Shown here piece after piece: positions 19,530-28,671 of a stretch of 64,000 bases of DNA (positions are counted from its first letter, which is position 1; each line of letters starts with the position of its first letter). Below the pieces are notes generated by a model, which ran no database searches, was not told the DNA's origin, and saw only the letters and a program-made list of their open reading frames with translations. A program made the translations under genes and the position numbers. The DNA is from Candidatus Doudnabacteria bacterium RIFCSPHIGHO2_01_FULL_46_24 (GTDB lineage Bacteria; Patescibacteriota; Doudnabacteria; UBA920; O2-02-FULL-48-8). The DNA lies in the NCBI GenBank assembly GCA_001777575.1, contig MFEL01000008.1:42634-106633 (forward strand). The letters run 5' to 3'.

Positions 19530-19977
19530 GTAGTTGTCATTCCCAGAGCCGACGACTTCGTCAAGACTCTGGTCGAGTGCCGACTCGAACGCGAGGCGCA
19601 AAAACTCATCGCCAGAGCAATCCACGACAGGGTCGCCGTTCTCGCACGGCAGGCGGGCATGATCTGATCTAGGTTTCATGCCCAGATCACCGCCTCAAAC
19701 GCGAGGAGAGGATGGCTAAGTAAGCTTCCCTCCTCGCCCCCCTTTTTCCCCTTACTCCATTTCTCTCCTTACTCCCTTTACACCCATTATTCCCCTTTCT
19801 GAGGTTTTTATTTTACCCTAAAGGACACCCCTAAAGGACACCAGGACAACCCAATCAATACTTCACTGCACTGAAGCAGTGAAGTATTGCGTTGTCCAGA
19901 TTGACAGGAAACTTTAATGCGCCAGGCGCCTGGCGCAATAAAATGTTGCTTTAATATTAAATAAACGAAATTTTAAA

Positions 19978-19998
19978 GGCTCAACCGGCGGTTGAGCC
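19978..19998 (-). terminator. Hairpin (ggctcaacc/ggttgagcc) downstream of the rseP stop
   Basis: A 9-10 bp GC-rich stem 8 nt after the rseP stop, followed on the minus strand by a U-rich stretch. Confidence 0.45.
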
Positions 19999-20005
19999 TT
20001 GGCCT

Positions 20006-21124
20006 CTAGAAAATTCTCTGGAACAAATTTTTGAAGTTTTCGCTATAGCGGCTGACGTCCTTGATAGTGACCAGAACCATCAAAAGCAACAGCAGGCCGA
20101 AGCCGATGGTGTTGGCTGCCTGTTCGGCTTTGGCCGGGAGTTTTTTACGGCGGATGGTTTCGATGGCTAAAAACAAGACCCGGCCGCCGTCCAGGGCAGG
20201 AAACGGAACGGCGTTGATTACCGCCAGGTTGATGGAAAGCAGGGCGGTGAATTGCAGAATATAAATAAAGCCAAGTTCAGCCACATCTCTGGTCAGCACC
20301 GCAATTCCCACCGGTCCTGACACAGCCACAGCCACAGACGCGCCCTGAAGCCAGGAGCCAATCACTTCAGCAAACGCCGATATCGTGACGCCGACCAGGC
20401 TGAAAGCGGAAACAAACCCGCGGGGCAATAATTGGTACCAAGGGTAAGAAACTCGCGCCACCATTGCCAGACCTATGCCCAAGGGACCCTGACCCTCCGG
20501 CGGATTTTCCCTGGGCACTAAGTTTTTTTCAAATGTCGAATCTCCGCGCCTGATTTCATACACTGTCTGTCTCCCAACATTCTGCCGCGTCAGCTCCTGC
20601 AGCTGTTCAATGCTGGCAATGATTTCGCCTCCGACTTTGATAATACTGTCCCCGGCCTTGATCCCTACTGACGATGCCGGAGAATCAGCAGCTAAATCTA
20701 TGATTGTAATCGACGGGTTTTTAACCCTGGCCGAGGCAGGCAAGCTTTCGCCTTCATGAATCACGGTCGGCAAACCCAAACCTAAGCCTATTGCGATTAA
20801 AATCCAGGCCAAAACCACGTTCATCGACACTCCGGCGACTAAGACAAAAAATCTCTGCCAAGCGGATTTGTTGGCAAAACTTTTGGAGTCTTGGGATTCA
20901 GCCCCATCTTCGCCGGTAATTTTGACGAAACCGCCCAGTGGAATCCAATTGATCGAATAAATGGTTTCGCCTCGTTTAATCCCGAAAAATCTGGGCGGAA
21001 AGCCAAACCCGAATTCTTCCACGCGCATGCCGGCCCGTTTGGCCATAATAAAATGCCCCAGTTCATGGACAAAAACCAGGAGGCCAAGGATTGCTATAAA
21101 AATGATAATCGTGAGTAGAATCAT
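20006..21124 (-). CDS. rseP: Site-2 protease RseP (M50 zinc metalloprotease with PDZ domain)
   Basis: HELGHFIMAKRAG HExxH motif and a PDZ segment. Polytopic membrane protein. Confidence 0.85.
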   Translation of the reverse strand: MILLTIIIFIAILGLLVFVHELGHFIMAKRAGMRVEEFGFGFPPRFFGIKRGETIYSINWIPLGGFVKITGEDGAESQDSKSFANKSAWQRFFVLVAGVSMNVVLAWILIAIGLGLGLPTVIHEGESLPASARVKNPSITIIDLAADSPASSVGIKAGDSIIKVGGEIIASIEQLQELTRQNVGRQTVYEIRRGDSTFEKNLVPRENPPEGQGPLGIGLAMVARVSYPWYQLLPRGFVSAFSLVGVTISAFAEVIGSWLQGASVAVAVSGPVGIAVLTRDVAELGFIYILQFTALLSINLAVINAVPFPALDGGRVLFLAIETIRRKKLPAKAEQAANTIGFGLLLLLMVLVTIKDVSRYSENFKNLFQRIF

Positions 21125-21236
21125 GCAGTAATGCGTTATTCGTCGGCGCCACGCGTATCGTCTTACGGCTTACGTTTTGCGGCCGCTTACCGTTTAACGC
21201 TTACCAATACGCGCCGCGCTGCCGTTAAACGTTTAA
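21125..21236 (-). repeat. Intergenic repeat family 3, copy 1 (acg/cgt-rich; contains gcgctgccgttaaacg)
   Basis: Shares a 16-mer and vocabulary with 27653-27752 and 35380-35479. Confidence 0.55.
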
Positions 21237-21791
21237 CTAAATGGTCAATACTTCCTTCTCTTTCGCTTCTGCTAATTTTTTAATCTCCTCGTTAAACTTG
21301 TCCACCATTTTCTGCAAATCCTGCTTTGAGGAAATTTTATCGTCTTCCGAAATTTTTCCGTCTTTTTCCTGCTTCTGGATGTCCTTCCAAATTTCCTCGC
21401 GGATGTTGCGGATAGAAACGCGAGTTTTTTCCGCCAATTGCGCCACGATTTTTACCATCTCCTTTCTTCGCTCCTCAGTCATCGGCGGGATGTTGAGCCT
21501 GATGTATGTTCCGTCATTGATGGGATTGATGCCAAGATTGGAAGTCTGGACTGCTTTTTCGATATCTTTCAGCGCGTTTTTGTCATATGGCTGGATGGCG
21601 ATTGAGCGAGCTTCCGGCACCGTAATTTGGGCGATCTGAATCAGCGGCGTTTTGGCGCCATAATACTCAACCTCGAGATGCTCCACAAGCTGCGTGGAGG
21701 CGCGCCCAGTGCGCAGGGTTTTAAGTTCAGACTTAAAATACTGAACGGCTTTGGCAAATTCTTGTTCTTTTTTTGTGAGGTCAATGGTCAT
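21237..21791 (-). CDS. frr: Ribosome recycling factor
   Basis: Full-length RRF similarity (LRTGRASTQLVEHLEVEYYG). Confidence 0.9.
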   Translation of the reverse strand: MTIDLTKKEQEFAKAVQYFKSELKTLRTGRASTQLVEHLEVEYYGAKTPLIQIAQITVPEARSIAIQPYDKNALKDIEKAVQTSNLGINPINDGTYIRLNIPPMTEERRKEMVKIVAQLAEKTRVSIRNIREEIWKDIQKQEKDGKISEDDKISSKQDLQKMVDKFNEEIKKLAEAKEKEVLTI

Positions 21792-22840
21792 TTCTTATCT
21801 CCGAGTCCTAAATATACTATATTTCGCTCCTTGGGATCAATGGTCACGACCCTGATCGCCTGCTCGGTGCGCAATTCATTGGTCTCCCAGGTAATCGCGC
21901 CGTTTAGGCTTTTGAAAATAGTCGAGCCGATACTGACGAAAATATTGTTGGAATTGCCGGGGTTGACTGCCACTGCCGAAACTTTGAGTGCTTGATCCCG
22001 AACCGGCAGAGTCAGCATATTCCAAGCAGCGCCGTCATTGACCGTCCGGAAAAGCCCCTCCTCGCCAGCGAGGTAAATAACCCCGGTCTGCCGCAAGTCC
22101 AAGGCAAAATCATGAAACAGGGAAACATGCGGCAATGATCCCTGCCCCGTTGATATGTTGTCTGTGGTCAAACTGGAAGAGATAAGAGTCCAACTGTTGC
22201 CGGAATCCGTGCTCTTATAAAAACCTGATGTTCTGGCAAGCGCATAAACGGTGTTGAGATTGTTGAACTTGATTTTGATGATACGATTTTGGAAATCGCG
22301 CGAAGCCTGCCAGGTGTTGCCGGAATCGAAGGAACGAATAATCTCCCCGCTCGCCAACCCCCCGATAACCACGGAATTCGACACAGCTAAGCTCGTGACT
22401 GACACCGCTTTGGAAGGTTCGGTATAAGAATCCGTCCAATTCACGCCGCCATCCACGCTTTTGATAATCTTGCCATTGTTACCCGAGAGCCCGGCGGCAT
22501 AAACGGTGGTGGGTTTGCTCAACTCGACCGCAATGTCAGCAACCGACATTCCCGACAGCAAATATCTCCAGTTTTGGCCGCCGTTTTCCGTTTTATAAAT
22601 GCCGGAAGCGGAACCGAGATAAATCACCTCGGGATTCTTGGGATCAAAAGTCAGGGAATTGACGGAAACATTGTTGATGTTTCCCTTTTTTTCCAGCGCG
22701 TTTGAAGCCCTGAAACTCTCGCCGCCGTCTTCGGACTTAAATACACCGCGGCTGCCGGTCGTTATTGAAAACGGGTCAGCCAAATTACAGCTGGCGGCGA
22801 TGAATATCGTTGATAGGAGTGCCAATATGAATTTATGCAT
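21788..22840 (-). CDS. Secreted BNR/Asp-box repeat beta-propeller lipoprotein
   Basis: Lipoprotein signal (…AASC). Repeated S-x-D-x-G-x-(T/N)-W Asp-box motifs (STDSGNSW, SFDSGNTW, SVDGGVNW, TENGGQNW). Confidence 0.6.
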   Translation of the reverse strand: MHKFILALLSTIFIAASCNLADPFSITTGSRGVFKSEDGGESFRASNALEKKGNINNVSVNSLTFDPKNPEVIYLGSASGIYKTENGGQNWRYLLSGMSVADIAVELSKPTTVYAAGLSGNNGKIIKSVDGGVNWTDSYTEPSKAVSVTSLAVSNSVVIGGLASGEIIRSFDSGNTWQASRDFQNRIIKIKFNNLNTVYALARTSGFYKSTDSGNSWTLISSSLTTDNISTGQGSLPHVSLFHDFALDLRQTGVIYLAGEEGLFRTVNDGAAWNMLTLPVRDQALKVSAVAVNPGNSNNIFVSIGSTIFKSLNGAITWETNELRTEQAIRVVTIDPKERNIVYLGLGDKK

Positions 22841-23801
22841 TCAATTCATTATTAAGCATTAAGTTCGTCAGCACGAGCTTACTGTTGAGGTTTTGGTCGA
22901 GCAATAATGTGGTCGCCAACAGATTTCTAAGTTTGGCTGCGGTCGATACCGAAGGTTTGGTTTTCAATTCCTCAGCTAGTTTAACTGTCCAAAAATGAAT
23001 CTTTGAGTGAACCGTATCGTTCTCCTCATCCTCAAGCGCGGAGACCAAAAGAAGCCGTTGCATCTCATCAGTAGAAATAAGATCATTATATTGTGAATCA
23101 ATCTCGCTCAAATGCGCCAAAAAATCTTCATCGCTAGAAATGCGCATCGCAATCCCCGGTTGAGTCGGGGCGTAGGCGGCAATCAGTCTTTTTTGCTCTG
23201 ATGAAAGTTTGGCGGGAAGTAAATTTTCGTAATCCTTGAATTCCGCGCCGCCGAAAGTTATTTTCTGCAATCTCGAGGAAATGGTTTTAAGCAGGCGCTG
23301 CGGGTTGGCGGTGACCAGAACAATAACCGTGTAAGACGTGGGCTCTTCCAGGCTTTTGAGCAAGGCGTTTTGAGCCTCAACCGTCATGTTCTCCGCCTGG
23401 TCTATGATCGCAACTTTATAAGTCGCGCTGTAAGGCTTTAGGGATAATTTGTAAATCAATTCCCGCACCTGACCAATCTTGATTCCGCCTGTGCCATCCA
23501 GCTCTATAAGATCTGGATGGAACCTGTTGCTCTTGTCATCTCTACTCCCCACACCCAACTCCAAAAGCCTCTCCGCAAACCTCCTCGCCGCAGTCCGCTT
23601 GCCCACGCCCTCTGGCCCGGCAAATAAATACCCATGCGCAAGCTTGCCTCGACTTATGGCATTTTCCAAAAATTCCAGTTGTCTTTTGTGTCCGCAAATG
23701 TCTCCCCACATATTATTAATTTTAGCATTTTCTATCAGGATTGACAAAAGCCCCGCCAACGCCGGAGCGTCGCAACAAAAAACCAGCAAGCGAGAGCGCA
23801 T
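22833..23801 (-). CDS. holB: DNA polymerase III delta-prime subunit
   Basis: AAA+ clamp-loader fold. GPEGVGK P-loop. Confidence 0.75.
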   Translation of the reverse strand: MRSRLLVFCCDAPALAGLLSILIENAKINNMWGDICGHKRQLEFLENAISRGKLAHGYLFAGPEGVGKRTAARRFAERLLELGVGSRDDKSNRFHPDLIELDGTGGIKIGQVRELIYKLSLKPYSATYKVAIIDQAENMTVEAQNALLKSLEEPTSYTVIVLVTANPQRLLKTISSRLQKITFGGAEFKDYENLLPAKLSSEQKRLIAAYAPTQPGIAMRISSDEDFLAHLSEIDSQYNDLISTDEMQRLLLVSALEDEENDTVHSKIHFWTVKLAEELKTKPSVSTAAKLRNLLATTLLLDQNLNSKLVLTNLMLNNELNA

Positions 23802-24036
23802 GCTGACTTTTGTTAGGCCCAGTATATCAACTTCGATAAATGGTTTTATCCGCTTTTGCGGTCTACTATAACCAAGCTCTCGGTTATAGTTGATGAAAGA
23901 TCAGGCATTGATCGATCCGACCATTTGAACGCAAAAGCGATCGAAGTTGTATTACTGGGTAGGCTTAACCTCAGCCATTTTCGCAAAAGCAAACTTAGGC
24001 GTCAATCAGGATAAGTGGAAAAAATGTTAGTAAAAA

Positions 24037-24053
24037 GCCACCTCATCGGTGGC
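24037..24053. terminator. Symmetric hairpin gccacc-tcatc-ggtggc flanked by A5 and GTTTTA (bidirectional terminator-like)
   Basis: Lies inside the 575-bp ORF-free region. Read on the minus strand it is followed by a T run. Confidence 0.4.
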
Positions 24054-24399
24054 GTTTTACATACAGATCGGTGTGGTACTGATTTGTCAGCTTCGCCCTT
24101 ACGAACTCCACTGACCGAAGGAAAAGGTCCAAGAGGTTTCCCTTACTTGTTTGACACCGAAGACATTTCTTCTTCAGCGTACCTTTACTAACCAGTATCT
24201 CTTGATCCATCGAACAGCCTTTTTAGAGCCGTCCTGCTTCGCAAGGGTTGCCCCTTACGAAGACCATGGTAGGAACATTCTAACTAGGGTAAAAAATCAC
24301 GTCAAATATTTTTTCAATTACAAAAAATAGCCACATTTGCAGGCTTTTTTGTCAGGCTGTGAATAAGCTGTGCCTATCAAGAGGATAATATCTTAATAT

Positions 24400-24445
24400 C
24401 TATAATATCCCAATATCGATATTAGGATACTAAGATATTGGGATA
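24400..24445 (-). terminator. Perfect 15-bp inverted repeat (taatatcccaatatc / gatattgggatatta) immediately after the mreB-paralog stop
   Basis: AT-rich perfect palindromic arms separated by 16 nt, directly 3' of the stop at 24446. Confidence 0.4.
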
Positions 24446-25453
24446 TTATTTGCTCGCCAATATGCTGCGCTTATAACTCTCCAAGTTTTCCAGTGCCACA
24501 CCCGTTCCTTTGGCTACGCATAAAATAGCATCATCAGCCACATAAGCAGGTACGCCGGTGGATTGGCCAATCAGACGCTCAATGTTCCGCAGGAGCGCCG
24601 TACCGCCAGTTAGAACCATGCCTTTATCAATGATATCCGCGGCCAGCTCCGGCGGCGTTTCCTGCAGGACGGTTCTTACGGCTTTGATGATTTCGCGCAG
24701 TTCTTCCTGGATGGACTCGACAACCTCATTGGTCGAAACCTGTACGGTTTTGGGCAGGCCCTGAATCAAATCCCGGCCGCGAATCTCGATCGTGGTTTCT
24801 TTATCCACGGGCAAAGCCGAGCCAATTTTGATTTTTATCTCCTCAGCCGTACGATCCCCGACCGCCAAGCCATATTTGCGGCGAATATATTCAGCAATAG
24901 CCTGGTCAAGCTTATTACCAGCCACGCGCACGGACGTCTGGGTCACAATTCCGCCCAAAGACAGCACCGCAACATCAGTCGTGCCCCCGCCAATATCGAT
25001 AATCATGTTACCGGAAGGCGTCGAAATATCTATTCCAGCACCTATGGCAGCAGCCACCGTCTCTTTAATGACATAGGCGGCCTTGGCGCCAGCTGCGGTA
25101 GCGGCGTCCACCACGGCGCGGCGCTCAGTCGATGTAATGCCGCCTGGCACAGAAATCATGACTTCCGGCCGGAAGAACCGGATATTGCCCGCCGCCTTGT
25201 TGATAAAATACCGCAACATGGCCTCGGTTACGCGGTAATCCGCAATCACCCCGTCCTTCATGGGCCGGTGCGCCACGATGGTGTCCGGGGTTCGGCCAAG
25301 CATCTCTTTGGCTTCCGCGCCCACAGCCAAAACTTTGTTGTCAACGGTTGAAATAGCCACCACTGTTGGCTCATTGATGATAATGCCTTTTTTCGGCACG
25401 AAGACTAAGGTATTAGCTGTGCCTAAATCTATGCCGATTCTCTTTAGAAACAT
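24446..25453 (-). CDS. mreB: MreB-family actin homolog (second paralog)
   Basis: [14 protein letters not shown] motif. 335 aa. About 50% identical to the copy at 16850-17908. Confidence 0.85.
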   Translation of the reverse strand: MFLKRIGIDLGTANTLVFVPKKGIIINEPTVVAISTVDNKVLAVGAEAKEMLGRTPDTIVAHRPMKDGVIADYRVTEAMLRYFINKAAGNIRFFRPEVMISVPGGITSTERRAVVDAATAAGAKAAYVIKETVAAAIGAGIDISTPSGNMIIDIGGGTTDVAVLSLGGIVTQTSVRVAGNKLDQAIAEYIRRKYGLAVGDRTAEEIKIKIGSALPVDKETTIEIRGRDLIQGLPKTVQVSTNEVVESIQEELREIIKAVRTVLQETPPELAADIIDKGMVLTGGTALLRNIERLIGQSTGVPAYVADDAILCVAKGTGVALENLESYKRSILASK

Positions 25454-25521
25454 AGTTATAAATTATTTTATTACGAATTCCGGATTAACGAATTGTCAAT
25501 CCGCAATCCGTTAATTCGCAA
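25454..25521 (-). repeat. Intergenic repeat family 2, copy 1 (cggattaacgaattg / ccgttaattcg words)
   Basis: Related to 55728-55804 and 56960-57034. Contains nested inverted repeats. Confidence 0.65.
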
Positions 25522-26775
25522 TTAATCAATTCTCTTGATATCCGCGCCCAAGCTTTGCAGTCTTTCTTCTAATCGCTCATACCCCCGATCAATATGCTCC
25601 ACTCCGCCTATCTCGGATTGTCCAGTGGCCACCAGAGCCGCAATTATCATGGTCATACCCATCCGAATGTCAAGGCCTATTATTTTAGCACCATGCAGGG
25701 GAGTAACACCAGCGATCTTTACCTGATGGGAGTCTAACACTTCCGCGTTGGCACCCATTTTTTTAAGCTGTTGGACATAGCTGAGACGGTTCTCGTAAAG
25801 CCATTCGAAAATATAAGATTCACCTTCGGCCTGCGTGGCCAGCACGGCCATGGGCGGCATGTCGTCTGAAGCCAACTTAGGATACAACCCGCTTTGGATT
25901 TTAGAGCCAGTATAAGGCTTTTGGGACGGCGACACATGGATATAATCTTTTCCGGTTTCAAAATTTACATGCATCTGCCGCAGTTTCAGCAAAAAATCTT
26001 CCATAAATTCCGGATTCAATCGGGAAATGACCACGTCGCTTTTGGTAGCTGCGGCCAAGGTAATAAAACCGGCAGCCTCGTTGGAATCCGGAATAAGTTC
26101 GGCGGTGGCGCCATGAAGCTCAAGCGCGCCTTCCACGACCAAAGTCGGCGACCCGATGCCGGAAATCTTGGCCCCCATTCTGTTCAAAAATTCGCACAAA
26201 GCCTGGACATGCGGCTCCATGGCCGCCAGTTTGATTATGGTTGTCCCCGAGGCCAAAACCGCGGCCATTAACGCGTTTTCCGTGGCTGTGACCGATGATT
26301 CAATTAAAACGATTTTATTGCCTGTTAATTGCTCGCAGTTAAGCTCAATGCCGTTTCCCTGCCTCACCTCGGCTCCTAAATCCTCAAAAGCGCGCAAATG
26401 GGCATCCACGGGCCGTTTGCCGATCAAATCGCCGCCTGGCAAAATCATGGCGGCTTTTTTCTTCCGGGCCAACAAAGGCCCCAAAAGCAATATGGATCCG
26501 CGCAATTTGGCAGCCAAATCCGGATTAACTTCGGTCTTGGAAAGTTTTGCGGCCCTGATGCTGAGGCGGTGATCTCCCAAACTGACTTCTGCGCCCAAAT
26601 CCGAAAGCAATGACGCCATGGTTTCCACATCGCGGATTTTGGGCACATTGGTCAATATGCACTCGTCCGCCGTCAAAAGGCAGGCCGCCATCATGGGCAA
26701 AACCGCGTTCTTTGACCCCGCGACTGTTATTTCCCCGTTTAGCGGTTTATTGCCGTTTATAATAAATTTAGCCAT
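25522..26775 (-). CDS. murA: UDP-N-acetylglucosamine 1-carboxyvinyltransferase
   Basis: Start reassigned to MAKFIINGNKPLNGEITVAGSKNA (ATG at 26775). The 88-aa N-terminal extension in the ORF track has no similarity. Confidence 0.9.
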   Translation of the reverse strand: MAKFIINGNKPLNGEITVAGSKNAVLPMMAACLLTADECILTNVPKIRDVETMASLLSDLGAEVSLGDHRLSIRAAKLSKTEVNPDLAAKLRGSILLLGPLLARKKKAAMILPGGDLIGKRPVDAHLRAFEDLGAEVRQGNGIELNCEQLTGNKIVLIESSVTATENALMAAVLASGTTIIKLAAMEPHVQALCEFLNRMGAKISGIGSPTLVVEGALELHGATAELIPDSNEAAGFITLAAATKSDVVISRLNPEFMEDFLLKLRQMHVNFETGKDYIHVSPSQKPYTGSKIQSGLYPKLASDDMPPMAVLATQAEGESYIFEWLYENRLSYVQQLKKMGANAEVLDSHQVKIAGVTPLHGAKIIGLDIRMGMTMIIAALVATGQSEIGGVEHIDRGYERLEERLQSLGADIKRID

Positions 26776-26824
26776 ATATAAGCTTGGGTATTTTAACAAA
26801 AAATAGTAAAATAATGAATAGCTT

Positions 26825-27652
26825 ATGAAACTGCGAAATCGGCTATTACTTGTAGGTTTCGGGGTGGTGGTATTCCTAATTGTAACCCCGGCTCTAATCA
26901 TGTTTGCTCGGGGTTTTAAGTTTGACCTGCAAAGTTGGCAATTGATCAAGACCGGGACTCTGGTGGTGAGAACCGAGCCGGAACATGCCACGGTCTTTAT
27001 CGACGATAAGCCGCAAAAAAATTTGACTCCTTTGACCATCCGATTCCTCTTGCCTGGCGATTATGTCATCCGCATCGAAAAAGAGGGTTACAGTTCCTGG
27101 ACCAAGCGACTTTCAATCAAAAGCCAGCTGGCGACCTGGGCCAACGCCAACCGCGAATTTATTACCCTTTTTCTTAAGCAACCCCAGCCGGAAACACAAG
27201 CCGAAGTCCCAAAAAATGAAGCCTTCCCAATTTCGGAGGGTTTAATCCAGGCGGGCCAACTCAGCTTCACTCTCCAGGATTCAATCCTCTTTAGACAAAA
27301 CCCGGGCTTAGAAAAAATTTATGAACCGGTCAGGGAAGCCTATTGGGATGATGAATCTAAAAGGATTGTATTATCCAATAATAACGAAATTTTGCTTCTC
27401 GACCCCCTCAATGACAGCCCTGATCTTATCCTCCGCAGCGTTTCGGAAATCAGAAATGCCAGGCTCAACTGGCATACCGGCTACATGTTTTTCCAAAACG
27501 AAGGCCGGATCAAAGCCATTGAACTGGATGGCCGGGATCACCGGAATGTTTATACAATCACAGATGCCGGGGTAGATTTTACGATAGATGAAAAAGGCGA
27601 GAGGCTGTATGTGATGGGTCAGACAGAGGTTAAGGAATATCGGATACGGTAA
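26825..27652 (+). CDS. Membrane-anchored PEGA-domain protein
   Basis: N-terminal TM helix and the PEGA motif region (…LLPGDYVIRIEKEGYSSW). Confidence 0.55.
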   Translation: MKLRNRLLLVGFGVVVFLIVTPALIMFARGFKFDLQSWQLIKTGTLVVRTEPEHATVFIDDKPQKNLTPLTIRFLLPGDYVIRIEKEGYSSWTKRLSIKSQLATWANANREFITLFLKQPQPETQAEVPKNEAFPISEGLIQAGQLSFTLQDSILFRQNPGLEKIYEPVREAYWDDESKRIVLSNNNEILLLDPLNDSPDLILRSVSEIRNARLNWHTGYMFFQNEGRIKAIELDGRDHRNVYTITDAGVDFTIDEKGERLYVMGQTEVKEYRIR

Positions 27653-27752
27653 ATCGTTGTTCGTCTGCGCTTGCGCGTATCGGTGAACGTCAAACGTCAA
27701 GCGGCCACATAACGCCGCCGTCAGACGATACGCGCAGCGCTGCCGTTAAACG
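27653..27752 (-). repeat. Intergenic repeat family 3, copy 2
   Basis: Contains cgcgcagcgctgccgttaaacgctaag, related to 21125-21236. Confidence 0.55.
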
Positions 27753-28175
27753 CTAAGTGCTTTCATCCAAAGCCTCATTGACTAGCTTATCCGCCAGTTT
27801 ATTTTTTTCCCGCGGAACATGCTTATATTCCACGCTCAGAAACTTGTTCGAAAGCTTAAAAACCTCGGCAGCCAAAAGTTTCAGTTCTTGCTCTTTTACT
27901 TTGTACTTGCCGGTCAGCTGGCGCACCACCAACTCTGAATCCAAAAAACAGGTTAATTCTTTGGCTTCTAAACTTTCAGCTTCTTTGAGGCCTCGGATCA
28001 AAGCCTGATATTCAGCCTGGTTATTTGTGGCATTGCCAATATGCTCGCCTACTTGGCGCAAGGGCTTCTCGCCAACGCCATAAATCACCACCCCAATCGC
28101 CGCCGGCCCGGGATTCCCCCGCGCCCCGCCATCCGTGTAGATTGTAATCTTATTTGGCATAATTTTTAGTGTCAA
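27753..28175 (-). CDS. rnhA: Ribonuclease HI
   Basis: ITIYTDGGARGNPGPAAIG N-terminus and the DEDD catalytic residues. Confidence 0.8.
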   Translation of the reverse strand: MTLKIMPNKITIYTDGGARGNPGPAAIGVVIYGVGEKPLRQVGEHIGNATNNQAEYQALIRGLKEAESLEAKELTCFLDSELVVRQLTGKYKVKEQELKLLAAEVFKLSNKFLSVEYKHVPREKNKLADKLVNEALDEST

Positions 28176-28408
28176 AGATGCCCTTTGACACTAAATCTTG
28201 GTTCAACGAGCCGGAACGCCCGATTTTTTGCAATTTTCTGATTGAATTTACAGGTCTGGCCATAAATTACGTAACAAATTATATAATTATCTCTATAATT
28301 ATAGTTTAGCATATTTGTGCTATAATCTCTCTGCCCAAAGCCTTGCTGCCCCACAGGCCCATGTGTCTGCCGGCGCGTTTTTTTTATTCCACTAAAAACA
28401 GAGTCTTT

Positions 28409-28437
28409 TTGACAAAATTGTCAAGAGAGGATAGAAT
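28409..28437 (+). promoter_or_regulatory. Sigma70-like promoter for the TA operon (TTGACA-17-TAGAAT) overlapping a TTGACAA/TTGTCAA palindrome. Predicts a leaderless transcript.
   Basis: -35 at 28409-28414, a 17-nt spacer, and -10 at 28432-28437. The ATG at 28444 is 7 nt after the -10. Confidence 0.5.
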
Positions 28438-28443
28438 TTAAAT

Positions 28444-28671
28444 ATGACACAAGCAGTAATTACGAAGATCAAATCAAACAGCATTTTACTGCCCAAAACA
28501 TGGAAGGGCAGCAAGGTTCTTTTACGCATCACTGACAACACTGCGACTATTACCAAGGTACCCAAGACAAGCAATATTTTTTCACTTCAAGAAATTAAAG
28601 CTTGGCGACGATTGGGCAAAAAGGTCGCCAAATCAACCCTAAATAAAGCCTTGGCAAAAGCTCGTGAATGA
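28444..28671 (+). CDS. Putative antitoxin (AbrB/MazE-like swapped-hairpin DNA-binding protein)
   Basis: 75 aa. Its stop overlaps the start of the PIN gene by 4 nt. Confidence 0.5.
   Translation: MTQAVITKIKSNSILLPKTWKGSKVLLRITDNTATITKVPKTSNIFSLQEIKAWRRLGKKVAKSTLNKALAKARE

Noticed and set aside
19323-19679. 118-aa minus-strand ORF spanning the GC-rich island
   Set aside because: Long open frames on both strands are expected in GC-rich DNA. The product is low-complexity with no domains. The plus-strand frame has the stronger RBS, GC3 bias and protein-like sequence. Kept only as an alternative.
24016-24186. 56-aa plus-strand ORF (MLVKSHLIGGVLHTD…) inside the 575-bp non-coding region
   Set aside because: Weak RBS and a compositionally random sequence. 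It overlaps the hairpins, so it is more likely RNA or regulatory DNA.
23871-24445. Attempted match to RNase P RNA (GGAAAGUCCGGGC / ACAGAANCCGGCUUA), SRP RNA (GGUCCGGAAGGAAGCAGC) and tmRNA ends (UUCGANUCC…CCACCA)
   Set aside because: None of these conserved motifs could be found on either strand by eye. The region is reported only as an unidentified candidate ncRNA.
25522-27039. ORF-track N-terminal extensions (88 aa on murA; also on secY, adk, rplF, rpsS, rplD, rpsC, rplE, recJ)
   Set aside because: The extensions have no similarity to the respective families, overlap upstream genes, and in each case an internal ATG restores the canonical conserved N-terminus. Starts were reassigned.
28176-28400. 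rnhA-proximal palindrome agtgtcaaag-atgcc-ctttgacact and multiple TATAAT boxes, considered as a possible sRNA
   Set aside because: No terminator/promoter pair defines a transcript. More simply explained as an AT-rich promoter region for rnhA and the TA operon.
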